From Candidatus Bathyarchaeota archaeon (GTDB lineage: Archaea; Thermoproteota; Bathyarchaeia; 40CM-2-53-6), in NCBI GenBank assembly GCA_963733055.1, contig CAVTBR010000002.1, forward strand, positions 384,001 to 448,000: a stretch of 64,000 nucleotides of DNA, read 5' to 3'. Shown in pieces: positions 48,066 to 58,278 of the stretch. Both the position numbers and the translations under genes were made by a program. The stretch's first letter is position 1, and each line of letters starts with the position of its first letter. The notes under the pieces are model-generated. The model had not been told where the DNA came from and ran no database searches. It saw only the letters and a program-made list of their open reading frames with translations.

Positions 48066-50969
48066 CTAGGCTGATGATTTGCTGGGTTTCTTATGGCGTC
48101 GGTGTCCTCTTGTGACCTTGAGGGCCAGTAGACCCGTAGCCATTCCTATCAACACTGATTCGATGGGGAAACCGGGTACTGCGAGTTGAGGCGCATAGTT
48201 TGCCGTATACTCTGACGGTGCATTCACAGCGGTGGGCATCGCTACGTTTGAGCCGGTTGAGTTGCGCCAATTTGCGAATTGGAAGAACGACATTACGGTT
48301 TGGTTGGTGATTGGATTCAGTGTCTGACCTTGGTTGTACCAGACCGAATAAGGCTGGTTCGAGGCGATCTGATGGGTTTGGTTATTGACGTTTACCGTGA
48401 CGTATGTGGAGTTCGGAAGGCCTGCAACTTTGAACGTGATCTCGTATTGTGTAATCCACATTGCTGCTAAGTTCATGGGCTTGTTGGCGGATAGGGTGAA
48501 GTTCGCGTTTTTCCCCGAATAGTCACCGGTCCAACCAGCGAGAACCCTCCGTGTTTGATTATTGTAGCTGACTTGTGGTTGAACTGAAACCCTGGCTACA
48601 GATCCAGCATCGTACCAACCTGAGCCTTGAGGCGAACCGTAAGACGATGCAACTTGGATCAAGTATTGAACCTTCCAAATCGCCTGTAGGCGCGTAGGCG
48701 AGTTGACGTGAAATTGAAAGTTTGGAGCTTGAGAGAAAGAGGCGTTATTCCAGCCTATGAAGACCTCTCTGGTACCGTTCGAGAAGTCAACGACAGGCTG
48801 AACGGTCACATTTGCGGTGGTTCCGGCATTGTACCATCCCCCGCCTGAAGGCGATCCTGCTGGGGAGACGACTGTTAGATAATATTGCCATATCCAATTA
48901 GCCTGCAGAGTGAACGGCTTAGTCATAGTGATTGAGATAGAAGGCGACGTCGAGTTGTAGTCTCCGGACCAACTCGTGAAAACCAGCCTAGACCAGTTCG
49001 GGATCACATTCGAGGTGGCGTTGGCGTAGACCGTTGCGACGCCGTTCGCGGCATACCAGCCGCCGGGCGTCGTTGTTCCTCCGTTCTGGTTTATTGAGAG
49101 AAGATATTGAGTCGCGTAAACTGCTTGAAGTGTGACGTTCGAGGTCACGGTCAGCGTTCGTGGGTTGGATGATATTCCATCCGACCAGCCGGTGAATGCG
49201 TGTCGCACGCCCAGTGACGCGTTGATCAGGGATTGGATTTGAACGGTGACTTGTCCAGTTGTAACGCTTGCCACCAATTGTGTTGAGGTGAAATTGTATC
49301 GAACCCCGTTTATCAGCACCCAGATGCTGCTAGGGGACGTGACGTTCGCTGGGATGTTGATAGAGAGAGTGGGCCCTACGTTTACATTGAACGATTCGAC
49401 GTTGTTCGCTCTGCTTGGTTCATTTATCGTGTGGTTTGGGTCCAGGATTACTTGGAAGGTGTGAGTTCCGACCGTGGAAACCCACGTGAAGCTTGCCTGC
49501 GTCGATGACCCCGCAGCCACTTCCGCGACTTGTAGGTTCGTGAAGGCCTGTCCGTCGAGCGTTACTTGGACTGGGACGTTAGTTGCAGTCATGGTTCCGG
49601 TGTTTGAGATTTGTATGTTAATCGTTACCGTAGTGTTTGGGTTGATTATGACGAGTGGTTGGGTATTGATGCCGGTTATGGCGAGTTGAATGTACGCGGC
49701 GGTCTGGTTTTGGGGTGGAGGAGGAGGTTGACCACCGCCTCTATTCACCGTGACTTGGTACGAGTTTCCGTTCTCACCTGTCACCGTCACAGCCACATTG
49801 TTCGCGCTGTCGGTGAACGTTTGCCCCACCGTCCAAACAGCGTCGTTCAATTCGGCGACGCTGGGATGGCCATCTATCACGTGCACCTTGCCAACGACTA
49901 CGTTCTCATTTACAAGCGTGATTAGGACACCGACGGCTGGCAGGGCGGTGTCGGATCCGATCTGGGCTCTTACTTCGACCAAGTAATACTGGTTTGTCTG
50001 GGCGAGCGGTATCTTGATCGCGTGAATGTTGCTTGACGCGATTTCCGTCGGGTCGACCGTGTAAGTGGTTGTTGTTCGATCCAGGGCGGTAGCTAGGGTG
50101 GGGCCGCTGATGTACCCAAGTTGAATTTTGTCCCACGCAGTCATATGCGCGGGGCTTGATCCCTGCGGGTTCCCGTTCCACGCTCCCTTATCCATCAACT
50201 CCCATGGGCCGAGAATCGACGCCCCCGTGTTGGTGTTGTACAAGTCTGGTAGGCCGAGGTCGTGGCCGAATTCGAGGCAGTAGACGCCCCCGGGGACGGC
50301 TCCGTGGGCTTCCAGCTCTGGGACGATGCTGAACAAATCAATGGTTTTCGCTTTGGTTAGCACGTAAACGCCGCCCATGTACGTGACTGACCAAATATCG
50401 TTCTTTACCCCGCTTGATTCTTGGCCGTAGCCGGAATGGAGGAAGATGAAGTAATCGTACTTGCTGAAATCAACGTCCTTCTGCGCCAATGCTGAGGCGT
50501 CTTGAGCAAATTGGAATGACGTGTCCTGCCCGCTGCAGTCGGCGGAGTTAATCCCGTTGCAGCTCAATCCGTAATGTGATTCCGGGTACGGAAGCTTGTA
50601 CCACCCGTAAATGTCGCCTTGAACGGTCAATGCTCCATACGAAATCTCGTGGTAGTATGAAGCGACTGCTCCGAACCAATTCTGCTTTACTTGGGCGATG
50701 GTTAAGGTGGAGTTGATGTCGGGGAAGTCGGCCGCGATTACAAGGACGTGTATGACACCCGAGACTGGATGAGGCCAAGGGGCTCCGAATTGAGGTGGGG
50801 CGTAGCCGATAGCGGGATGCGGCAGTGATGGCGTCAGAGAGAGCGTAGATGTCGTCGCAGAATGAGTCGCATACACATTCACGTTCGGGAGCAGGGTTGG
50901 TATAATCAGAATTAGGAAAAACAGGATAGCGCCCGCTACTTTTGCTGCTGATCTTAACCGCATTTGCAC
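48066..50969 (-). CDS. M6 (immune inhibitor A)-family metalloprotease-like surface protein with CARDB and repeat domains, PGF-type anchor
   Basis: LEFGHDLGLPDLY, WELMDKG, AWDKIQLG, EVRAQIGSD; CARDB; repeated GxGWY units; VPGFPIES + TM + basic tail. Confidence 0.88.
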   Translation of the reverse strand: MQMRLRSAAKVAGAILFFLILIIPTLLPNVNVYATHSATTSTLSLTPSLPHPAIGYAPPQFGAPWPHPVSGVIHVLVIAADFPDINSTLTIAQVKQNWFGAVASYYHEISYGALTVQGDIYGWYKLPYPESHYGLSCNGINSADCSGQDTSFQFAQDASALAQKDVDFSKYDYFIFLHSGYGQESSGVKNDIWSVTYMGGVYVLTKAKTIDLFSIVPELEAHGAVPGGVYCLEFGHDLGLPDLYNTNTGASILGPWELMDKGAWNGNPQGSSPAHMTAWDKIQLGYISGPTLATALDRTTTTYTVDPTEIASSNIHAIKIPLAQTNQYYLVEVRAQIGSDTALPAVGVLITLVNENVVVGKVHVIDGHPSVAELNDAVWTVGQTFTDSANNVAVTVTGENGNSYQVTVNRGGGQPPPPPQNQTAAYIQLAITGINTQPLVIINPNTTVTINIQISNTGTMTATNVPVQVTLDGQAFTNLQVAEVAAGSSTQASFTWVSTVGTHTFQVILDPNHTINEPSRANNVESFNVNVGPTLSINIPANVTSPSSIWVLINGVRYNFTSTQLVASVTTGQVTVQIQSLINASLGVRHAFTGWSDGISSNPRTLTVTSNVTLQAVYATQYLLSINQNGGTTTPGGWYAANGVATVYANATSNVIPNWSRLVFTSWSGDYNSTSPSISITMTKPFTLQANWIWQYYLTVVSPAGSPSGGGWYNAGTTANVTVQPVVDFSNGTREVFIGWNNASFSQAPNFQFHVNSPTRLQAIWKVQYLIQVASSYGSPQGSGWYDAGSVARVSVQPQVSYNNQTRRVLAGWTGDYSGKNANFTLSANKPMNLAAMWITQYEITFKVAGLPNSTYVTVNVNNQTHQIASNQPYSVWYNQGQTLNPITNQTVMSFFQFANWRNSTGSNVAMPTAVNAPSEYTANYAPQLAVPGFPIESVLIGMATGLLALKVTRGHRRHKKPSKSSA

Positions 50970-51144
50970 GCGACCAATCTTTGAGGGCTTGTCGCGAATT
51001 TTGATAAAGTGTTTAGACGCTAAGTCGAGTGTACGCTCAGAGATCCTTGGCGACTCTGATTAACAACAATCCCGCAACGTAACTGAAGCAAATCTATACC
51101 AGAACATACCCTACCTACCAAGACCCTTTCTACGACCCGTCGCA

Positions 51145-52371
51145 ATGTTCCATACGACAGCCCAAAACATAGCCGAATGTGATGTATCGTTGATACGCAG
51201 AGTTACGACACTTCATACGAACTTTGCGGGGTTTGCGGCATCATTTGGTCCAGCATGGCTTGTGATGATTGCCGACGTTGACGCGGCAAGCATCATTACA
51301 GCTGCCGAGACCGGCGCCATATTCCACTACGGCCTGATCTGGCTCCTACTTCTCCTCACCATTCCCCTCTTTTTCATCCAGGAAGCCTCAGGCAGGATAG
51401 GGGTTGTTACCCACAAGGGCCTCGGCGAGATCATAAGAGAAAATTACTCTGCAAACCTCGCGCTATTTGCAGCCCTGCCGATGGCTTTGACCGACATCCT
51501 GACGTACATTGCGGAATATTTGGGAATCGCAATTGGCCTTGGAATCTTAGGCGTGCCTCCACTACTCTCAGTATTGTTGGCATATGTGGTGCACGTTCTC
51601 GTAGTATACAGAAGAAAGTATTCGACCGCGGAGAAAATCATGTTGGCAATATCGGTGGTCATGCTTCTATCATACGTCGGTTCATTGTTAATGCAAGGAA
51701 CGCTGCATTACTCTCCGTTCTACATCTCCGGGGACCCGCGCTTTCTATTTCTCGTCGCGGCCAACGTGGGGGCTGTTATAATGCCTTTCATGCTCTTCTT
51801 TCAGGCGTCGGCGACGGCTGAAAAGAAAGCTGGGAGCGTTCGGTCTTCACGACTGGAAACACTTGGAGGGGCAATTGTCAGCGAAGCGCTGATGGTGATA
51901 ATCGTAATGGTGAGTGCAGGGCTTGATCCGATCGTGAATTTCACTTCCCCCGGAGAACTATCAACCGCTCTTTCAGCTGTAGCCGGGCAATACGCGCCGG
52001 TGCTATTCGGAATCGGACTTGCTGCCGCGGCCTTCCTCGCGTTAATGGCAATCTCATTCGGCAGTGCGTGGGGCGTCGTTGAAGCATTGGGTTGGGGCAG
52101 AACCCGTGCGTTCCCAGTTTATTTTCTTGAATCAATTCCTGCGGTGTTGATTGCGCTTGTGTTGACCGCGAACCTGTTGAACGCGATTCTGACGTTAATG
52201 GTGGTTTTCGTTTTTGTTCTCGTTGGACCGGCGGTTATGATGGGCAAGATTGCGTCGGATAAACGAGTGATGGGCGAATCGGCTTCCAAAGGTCTGTGGA
52301 AGTATGCTTACTGGTTTAGCCTCGCGTCCGTCGTTGGATTGGGCATCGTGTCTGTGGCATTTACCTTATGA
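51145..52371 (+). CDS. NRAMP-family divalent metal transporter
   Basis: GPAWLVMIADVDAAS and GAVIMPFM; multi-TM. Confidence 0.85.
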   Translation: MFHTTAQNIAECDVSLIRRVTTLHTNFAGFAASFGPAWLVMIADVDAASIITAAETGAIFHYGLIWLLLLLTIPLFFIQEASGRIGVVTHKGLGEIIRENYSANLALFAALPMALTDILTYIAEYLGIAIGLGILGVPPLLSVLLAYVVHVLVVYRRKYSTAEKIMLAISVVMLLSYVGSLLMQGTLHYSPFYISGDPRFLFLVAANVGAVIMPFMLFFQASATAEKKAGSVRSSRLETLGGAIVSEALMVIIVMVSAGLDPIVNFTSPGELSTALSAVAGQYAPVLFGIGLAAAAFLALMAISFGSAWGVVEALGWGRTRAFPVYFLESIPAVLIALVLTANLLNAILTLMVVFVFVLVGPAVMMGKIASDKRVMGESASKGLWKYAYWFSLASVVGLGIVSVAFTL

Positions 52372-53166
52372 TTGCATTTGTTTATGGAGGAAGTTCAGGA
52401 GATGAGTGTTGAATGTTGTCGGGTTTTCCATATTGGTCATATGACCTGCTTGCGGTATGATGTGTAATTCTGAGTTCGGAATCAGCGACTGCATTCTCCG
52501 AGAATGTTCTGGGGGTGCGATCGTATCTTGTTCACCAACCAAGATAAGCGTCGGAACTGCTATTTTGGGAAGGAATGATGTCGTATCAGTTCTACCGGCA
52601 AGGGCAAGCAAGGTGCCGCACAGGCCTAGAACTTTATTTTGCCGAATAATTTTCGCCATCGTTTCGACAAGGGTCAGATCTCTTAATGAGCTGGGGGAGA
52701 GGGCTCCTTTCAGGAAAGCCTGCGCATACACGTCGAGCCCATTCTTCTTGATCGCTTTGATAGCGGCGCCGCGAGCCAGTTTCGTTTCATTTGAGTCTGC
52801 CTCAGGTTTGGTATCGCAGAGAACCATACCGCTTACACGTTCCGTGTTTCGGACCACTGCACGCAAGGATACGTAACCGCCCATAGAAAGCCCACAAAGA
52901 ATCGTCCGGTCAATCTTCAGGTGGTCTAGTAAGGCGATGAGGTCGTCTACCAAGAACTCGAGCGTGAACTGCCCGTCGCCCACCTCACTCCTCCCCTGTC
53001 CACGCAAGTCACACGCAACCACACGGTTGACCTTCTTCAGGACCTCGATCTGATTGGCCCACATCTCATGACTCAGTGGGAAACCGTGAATCAAGACGAT
53101 TGGGGGACCGGAGGTTTGACCTACGTCAATATAGTATAGCGTAGTTCCATTCGATGAAAACTGCAT
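52366..53166 (-). CDS. Alpha/beta hydrolase
   Basis: HGFP, GLSMGG, D and AGH. Confidence 0.9.
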   Translation of the reverse strand: MQFSSNGTTLYYIDVGQTSGPPIVLIHGFPLSHEMWANQIEVLKKVNRVVACDLRGQGRSEVGDGQFTLEFLVDDLIALLDHLKIDRTILCGLSMGGYVSLRAVVRNTERVSGMVLCDTKPEADSNETKLARGAAIKAIKKNGLDVYAQAFLKGALSPSSLRDLTLVETMAKIIRQNKVLGLCGTLLALAGRTDTTSFLPKIAVPTLILVGEQDTIAPPEHSRRMQSLIPNSELHIIPQAGHMTNMENPTTFNTHLLNFLHKQMQS

Positions 53167-53297
53167 AAGCCCCTACCGTCTGAAGCCCTGTATCCACATG
53201 AGAACTTCTTAAGAATCACCAATCAAAGCGTTACCATACCGCTCGCTGATGCTGAGGCTCCTATCGATTAAGAAGGCTAACGAGTTAGAATGAAACC

Positions 53298-53747
53298 TTG
53301 AAAAAACGGCTTGTCTTCGTCGCATTGGTGATCGTTGTTCTTGCGGTTTCTGTCTCGCTTGGTTACTATCTGTATGAACAACCCAGGCCAACGAGAATCA
53401 TGTTTGCGGGCGTGATCCTGACGGTAGATCTAGCAACAACCTCTCAGGAACAGCAGATGGGTCTCTCGAATCGCACTTCGATGCCTGCTGACCGCGGAAT
53501 GCTCTTCGTATTCAACCAAGAAGGCCAGTGGAGTTTCTGGATGCACGAGATGAACTTCCCGTTAGACATAATCTGGTTCAATGCTAACAGACAGGTCGTC
53601 TTCATCGAGCAGAACCTGCCGCCCTGCACGCCTCAAGCGTGCCCTATCTTCACGCCGCCCGCCAACGCCATGTATGTCCTAGAAGTTAATGCGGGCTTCG
53701 TAAAAGCAAACGGCGTTTCAGTTGGAGAAAGTTTTGCTTTCGTTTAG
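53298..53747 (+). CDS. DUF192 protein
   Basis: GLS...GMLFVF...FWMHEMNFPLDIIW...YVLEVNAG. Confidence 0.9.
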   Translation: MKKRLVFVALVIVVLAVSVSLGYYLYEQPRPTRIMFAGVILTVDLATTSQEQQMGLSNRTSMPADRGMLFVFNQEGQWSFWMHEMNFPLDIIWFNANRQVVFIEQNLPPCTPQACPIFTPPANAMYVLEVNAGFVKANGVSVGESFAFV

Positions 53748-54217
53748 GCCTGGCTTGTCTGGCCAGAAAAAACATACGTAGTTACAGTCGTAGTCGTTAT
53801 CGGAAAACCAAGTGTAGGTTGAGATTGAGAAGGTTGGGAACAGGCCTTCTCAACGTAATCCACTAGCCCGTAGCCTGGGTAGTCGATAAATCGCTTTTCA
53901 AGCCTAGAGTAGAACCGCTTCGCGATAGCCCTCTCGATCGTTGTCCCACCCTTCCCAAAGTTGTCTTGAAGGATCTGACAGAATTCACTTAACTTCTGCG
54001 GCATCTCCTCCCTAGCCATGTAACATTTCCTCGCCAAATGGTCGTAAATTGCCTCTCTCGCACGTCGCCCAAGTAAGTCAGCGAGGGTTTGATCAATGGA
54101 TTCCAAGAGCATGTGTTCGATGTCTTTTGATTTGATTTCGGAAGCGTTTATTCGGATACAAGCACCGGATTCAGCATTTGCCGGCTCTGTCTCCAAGTCG
54201 CGTTCAGTGTCTAACAT
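53744..54217 (-). CDS. Small helical archaeal protein (DUF3227/NitrOD-like)
   Basis: LESIDQTLADLLG...AIYDHL...FGKGGTTIE. ATG 54217 avoids overlap with the next gene. Confidence 0.6.
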   Translation of the reverse strand: MLDTERDLETEPANAESGACIRINASEIKSKDIEHMLLESIDQTLADLLGRRAREAIYDHLARKCYMAREEMPQKLSEFCQILQDNFGKGGTTIERAIAKRFYSRLEKRFIDYPGYGLVDYVEKACSQPSQSQPTLGFPITTTTVTTYVFSGQTSQA

Positions 54218-54358
54218 GGGCGTTTCAAAGGGGGTAGGAGGAGACAGCTGATTTAAGCGGATTAGCCTATTTTCAGGTCCTAAGGGCGATATCTCTAAAC
54301 TAATCAGCGTTTTACTGCATGGAAGCGCATATACCGTATATGGAGGCATGCGAGGGCA

Positions 54359-55465
54359 GTGAATGGCGATTTGAATCAATATTCCGTTAGACTTGCCAAA
54401 TTGCAGGAGAAGGCTCGTGAAAACCTTCTCGATGGCGTAATTCTTGTTCCTGGACAAAACCTGACGTACTACACGGGAGGGAAATCTTTCCTATTTGAGA
54501 GGCCCTTCTTCATGGCAGTGCCGGCAGAGGGCGAGCCACACCTAGTAACGCCCACACTCGAATCAGGCCCATATCTGAGGTCACCCCTGAAGATTATCAT
54601 CCACAGTTGGACCGATGCCGATGGCCCTTCGAAATCGATTGAAGAGACCGTGAGTCAACTCAAGCTGAACGGTAAATGGGGGCTGGAGGGGGACATGCCT
54701 TACCGGTATATCGATGAACTTCTCAAATTTGCGCAACCTCAGTTTGAAAACGCCGAACCTCTGCTGCAGAACCTTAGAGCCGTCAAAGACGCGCGGGAGG
54801 CGGAGTTGCTAACGCGCTCGGCGAAGATCATATCCAAATCATTCCTAAAGATTCCACGCATGCTGAAAGCAGGAATTAGCGAACTGGAACTCGCGCATAG
54901 GATTGCGGCTGAGATGCGGGCAAACGGCGCAGAAACTACCCCTGAAGTTCTGGTTCAATCAGGCCCGATGGCTGCCGATGGGCACCATATGGCATCTGAG
55001 CGGAAACTGAGGCGAAAGGAGAGCATAGTTATCGATGCAACCTGCACGTATGGCGGCTATTTTGCCGATATAACGCGAACGTTCATGATAGGTAAGGATC
55101 CCGCCTTCGAACGGCTATACGAGAGCGTGCTCAAAGCCCAAATCGATGCAATTCACGCGTCTCGCGCTGGAGTAACATCAGGCTCTATAGACGAAGCTGC
55201 CAGATCGGATCTTCGCAGGGAAGGCCTGGACGAATATTTCGTTCATCGAACTGGCCATGGACTGGGTCTGGAAGTTCACGAGGCCCCGTACATAGCCCCG
55301 GGCGGGACCGAGATAATCCGACCAGGCATGGCGTTTACGATTGAACCCGGAGCCTACATGCAAGGGAAGACTGGAATCAGAATTGAAGACGACCTGATAT
55401 CCACCGAGCAAAGCAGTAAAGTGTTGACCAAGTCGGTTCCAAAGGGATTCGGATGGTGGAACTGA
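54359..55465 (+). CDS. pepQ: Xaa-Pro peptidase (M24B)
   Basis: DITRT, HRTGHGLGLEVHEAP, EPG and RIEDD. Confidence 0.92.
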   Translation: MNGDLNQYSVRLAKLQEKARENLLDGVILVPGQNLTYYTGGKSFLFERPFFMAVPAEGEPHLVTPTLESGPYLRSPLKIIIHSWTDADGPSKSIEETVSQLKLNGKWGLEGDMPYRYIDELLKFAQPQFENAEPLLQNLRAVKDAREAELLTRSAKIISKSFLKIPRMLKAGISELELAHRIAAEMRANGAETTPEVLVQSGPMAADGHHMASERKLRRKESIVIDATCTYGGYFADITRTFMIGKDPAFERLYESVLKAQIDAIHASRAGVTSGSIDEAARSDLRREGLDEYFVHRTGHGLGLEVHEAPYIAPGGTEIIRPGMAFTIEPGAYMQGKTGIRIEDDLISTEQSSKVLTKSVPKGFGWWN

Positions 55466-55496
55466 CAAACAAGGCGGAGGAAAAGATCGGCAAGCG

Positions 55497-56351
55497 TCAT
55501 TGGTCAGTCGCGGCGAGAATGCAACTGAGGCATTCCTGCCTTCCGCAGGTAAGTCCCATTGGATCTTCGTGAAGGACTTTCTCAGCGGCCTGAACCAATC
55601 CCCGCATTGAATAGAGCATAGCCGTCGCCGACCCGATCTGAGTCTCCTTGAGCTTCGCCGAGCTCAGACGTGGCGCCAGTTTGTCGAAGCCTCCAGCGCA
55701 ACCCATAGCGATCACGTCAACCCATTCTTGTCCCTTCGAAGTAACTGTAAGAGAACGTTCCTTAACGAACTTCGATGGAGCAAGCCGCTGCTCTGCGATA
55801 TGAATCGCAGAAACCGAATCCAGCCCGACCCCAACGGTCAGAACAGCTGGATCTTCTTTTAGAAAAGCCTTGAGAGGCCAAAGTGGATCAGCGACGGAAT
55901 ATTCACGAACTAACTTGTCCGAATTTTCTCCGACCGCTACAAAAGAATACGCAGGGTGTTTGCTCCTTCTCGATGAGGGCCAACTGCATAATCGATACGC
56001 AATTTCGCCCATGTCTTTGTCAGGTTGCAATTCGGAGATGAATGGTAGGTGGCGACTCTCTCGTCCTTCGCACCAACATCCCGCTTTGGTGTAATTATCG
56101 TGTGTCGATCCATGCCGAGTTAATGAAGTGAAAGTTGGCATGATCAGGATGCCATCCTTGCCAAGATTCCTCAGCAATCGGTGTAAAACCATCGCAGCCC
56201 CGCCATCAACGTCTCCCATACTCTCCAACGAGGCGTGCATCACAATGCGATCTCCTTCCCCTAATCCGAGGCGACGAAATCCATCGCTCAAGTCATCGGG
56301 TAGAACCCGCCGCCGCTCCCCCGATCCGTCACCTGTTCCATGATCACTCAA
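55497..56351 (-). CDS. AAC(3)-family N-acetyltransferase
   Basis: MHASLESMG, LIMPTF, RSKHPAYSF and HIAE. Confidence 0.85.
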   Translation of the reverse strand: MSDHGTGDGSGERRRVLPDDLSDGFRRLGLGEGDRIVMHASLESMGDVDGGAAMVLHRLLRNLGKDGILIMPTFTSLTRHGSTHDNYTKAGCWCEGRESRHLPFISELQPDKDMGEIAYRLCSWPSSRRSKHPAYSFVAVGENSDKLVREYSVADPLWPLKAFLKEDPAVLTVGVGLDSVSAIHIAEQRLAPSKFVKERSLTVTSKGQEWVDVIAMGCAGGFDKLAPRLSSAKLKETQIGSATAMLYSMRGLVQAAEKVLHEDPMGLTCGRQECLSCILAATDQ

Positions 56352-56965
56352 TGTTTGACCCCAACCTTTTCGGTCCTGGGTAAGACCATCATTATTTCGG
56401 AAGGATCGCCAATCGCCAAGTAGTGCCCTTCTCCGTATTGTTTAGCTACCATGGCGCAGTTTATCGCGTCCAATTCATCACCCGTTAGGTTCCTAGTCAA
56501 AATATCTCCGCTGCAACCCATCTTCTTCAATGACTCCTGCAACTCTCCTAATCCGTATTGTTTTCTTGGAATCCCGAGTAGATCTTGAGCAGCACCGGGA
56601 TACGTTTCGACCGCGTCAATGTGAAGTCGCTGAATTTGCCGAAAAAGCCGCATACCGCGCGCTGTAAGCGTCCTCATCGGACCGAGCGTAATTGGGAAGA
56701 ACCGGATGCCCATTTCTCTTAATACGAGGTCACAGGCTCGAAAGTGTGAACGGCCTCTACAATGTTCCCCTAAACAGTGTCTGCCAAGGGGGAGAGCTAG
56801 CGGTGCATCAATCGCAACGACCTTCGTCCCACTTCTCTTAACGATGGAAAGAATCTCTGCGTCTGAGTGAACAACGGAACAGGTTACCCTTAACTTCTGG
56901 TTGATTATGCACGCCCCCGTTGGGCGAGTGTTCACACCGGCCAAATCCAAACCGAGATACTTCAC
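56348..56965 (-). CDS. DUF429 RNase H-like predicted nuclease
   Basis: GLDLAG, AIDAPL, ETYP and DELDA. Confidence 0.85.
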   Translation of the reverse strand: MKYLGLDLAGVNTRPTGACIINQKLRVTCSVVHSDAEILSIVKRSGTKVVAIDAPLALPLGRHCLGEHCRGRSHFRACDLVLREMGIRFFPITLGPMRTLTARGMRLFRQIQRLHIDAVETYPGAAQDLLGIPRKQYGLGELQESLKKMGCSGDILTRNLTGDELDAINCAMVAKQYGEGHYLAIGDPSEIMMVLPRTEKVGVKH

Positions 56966-57006
56966 GCTTCACAGACCTCGATTGAACTTTTCACAACACG
57001 TTCTGA

Positions 57007-57636
57007 TTAAAGTGCCACCAAGATTGCGAGCCCGAGCAGAATGAGAGCAGGCAGAATACGTTGAATACGGGAAACGATCGAGCGTTTCCTAAGCGAGTCC
57101 CCCACGCGCCCTGCCAAAGTCGCCGCTAGCATGTTCACGCTCGTTCCTGACGTATCGAACATTAAACCCAACAGAACCAGTTGAAGTGTGACTTGGCCTT
57201 TGGATTGGTCGACGAACTGGGGAAGGAAGGCTAGGAAGAAAAGCGCGACCTTAGGGTTCAGCAGGTTGGTCGTTACTCCTTGACGAAAGACTGTGTGAAG
57301 AGGGATATGAACGGGCCGACCTTCCGCCACACCTTGCGTTTTCACAGCTTTTGCGAATAACATACGAAACCCGAGGTACGCGAGGTAAAGGGCTCCCGCG
57401 TACCTGATTGCGTTGAACAATACTGGCAACGAAAGCAACAGGGCAGAAAGACCTAGCGCAGTGACAAGCGTATAGACTAAAGTCCCTACGCCAATTCCCA
57501 ACGCAGACACGATTCCAGCCCACCTCCCTTGCCCCAAGCTCCGAGAGATTACGTAAAGCATGTCGGGCCCGGGGGAGAGGTTCAAGGCTAATGCAGCCGC
57601 CAAGAATAGCACAAGCGGCGCCCCTGTCTGCAACAC
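57007..57636 (-). CDS. LysE/RhtB exporter
   Basis: SPGPD and NLLNPK. Confidence 0.9.
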   Translation of the reverse strand: MLQTGAPLVLFLAAALALNLSPGPDMLYVISRSLGQGRWAGIVSALGIGVGTLVYTLVTALGLSALLLSLPVLFNAIRYAGALYLAYLGFRMLFAKAVKTQGVAEGRPVHIPLHTVFRQGVTTNLLNPKVALFFLAFLPQFVDQSKGQVTLQLVLLGLMFDTSGTSVNMLAATLAGRVGDSLRKRSIVSRIQRILPALILLGLAILVAL

Positions 57637-57863
57637 CGTAATCCCCGTCCAAGAATGACCATCAACGTCAGATTATAGATAGCATCCCATGCTGGTGTAA
57701 CCATCTACCCTATGACGTTCGAGATTCCACCCGATCTGCTAATATGATTCAGAATTGACTGCTAGCCATGATCCTGACCCTATTTTTCGATGGCTGTGTT
57801 CAATTCCCGCAAAGAGGAATCGTCTTTTTGCGGGCGGTGGTGTCGAACTTTTAATGCCTGAGA

Positions 57864-58223
57864 TTGAAGCTGCCCTTATTTGCCGTGCCCCGATTGGACA
57901 ACAGTGGCTTAGCAACATTATTGGTTAGCCAAGTTGGCTTTGGGGGAACATTGGGGTTTCTGTTAGGCTACGGTTTGAAGAAAGTAGCCGCGATAGTCCT
58001 CAAGATCGTCGCCCTCATCTCAGGACTCTTCATGCTGGGCCTTACATGGCTGGCGTCGATAGGAGTCATCACGGTTAACTTTAACGTGTTTGCCAACGCC
58101 GCGGGCAACACATTTGCCAATTCGCTGACGGCAATCGTCGGTTCTGTTGCATTCATCGCCCAAGTTTTTCCAATGGGCGGTAGCTTCGGACTGGGCTTCT
58201 ATCTAGGAGCGAAGAAAGGATAG
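57864..58223 (+). CDS. FUN14-family membrane protein
   Basis: QVGFGGTLGFLLGYGLKKV...GVITVNF...GFYLG. Confidence 0.85.
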   Translation: MKLPLFAVPRLDNSGLATLLVSQVGFGGTLGFLLGYGLKKVAAIVLKIVALISGLFMLGLTWLASIGVITVNFNVFANAAGNTFANSLTAIVGSVAFIAQVFPMGGSFGLGFYLGAKKG

Positions 58224-58278
58224 TCCCCACTTCGCCCATCGAACTAACCACCCGCTAACGTCCGGACCTAGAACGTTG

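Noticed and set aside
55497-56351. Aminoglycoside resistance determinant
   Set aside because: AAC(3)-family homologs are widespread with other substrates; no mobile or resistance context here.
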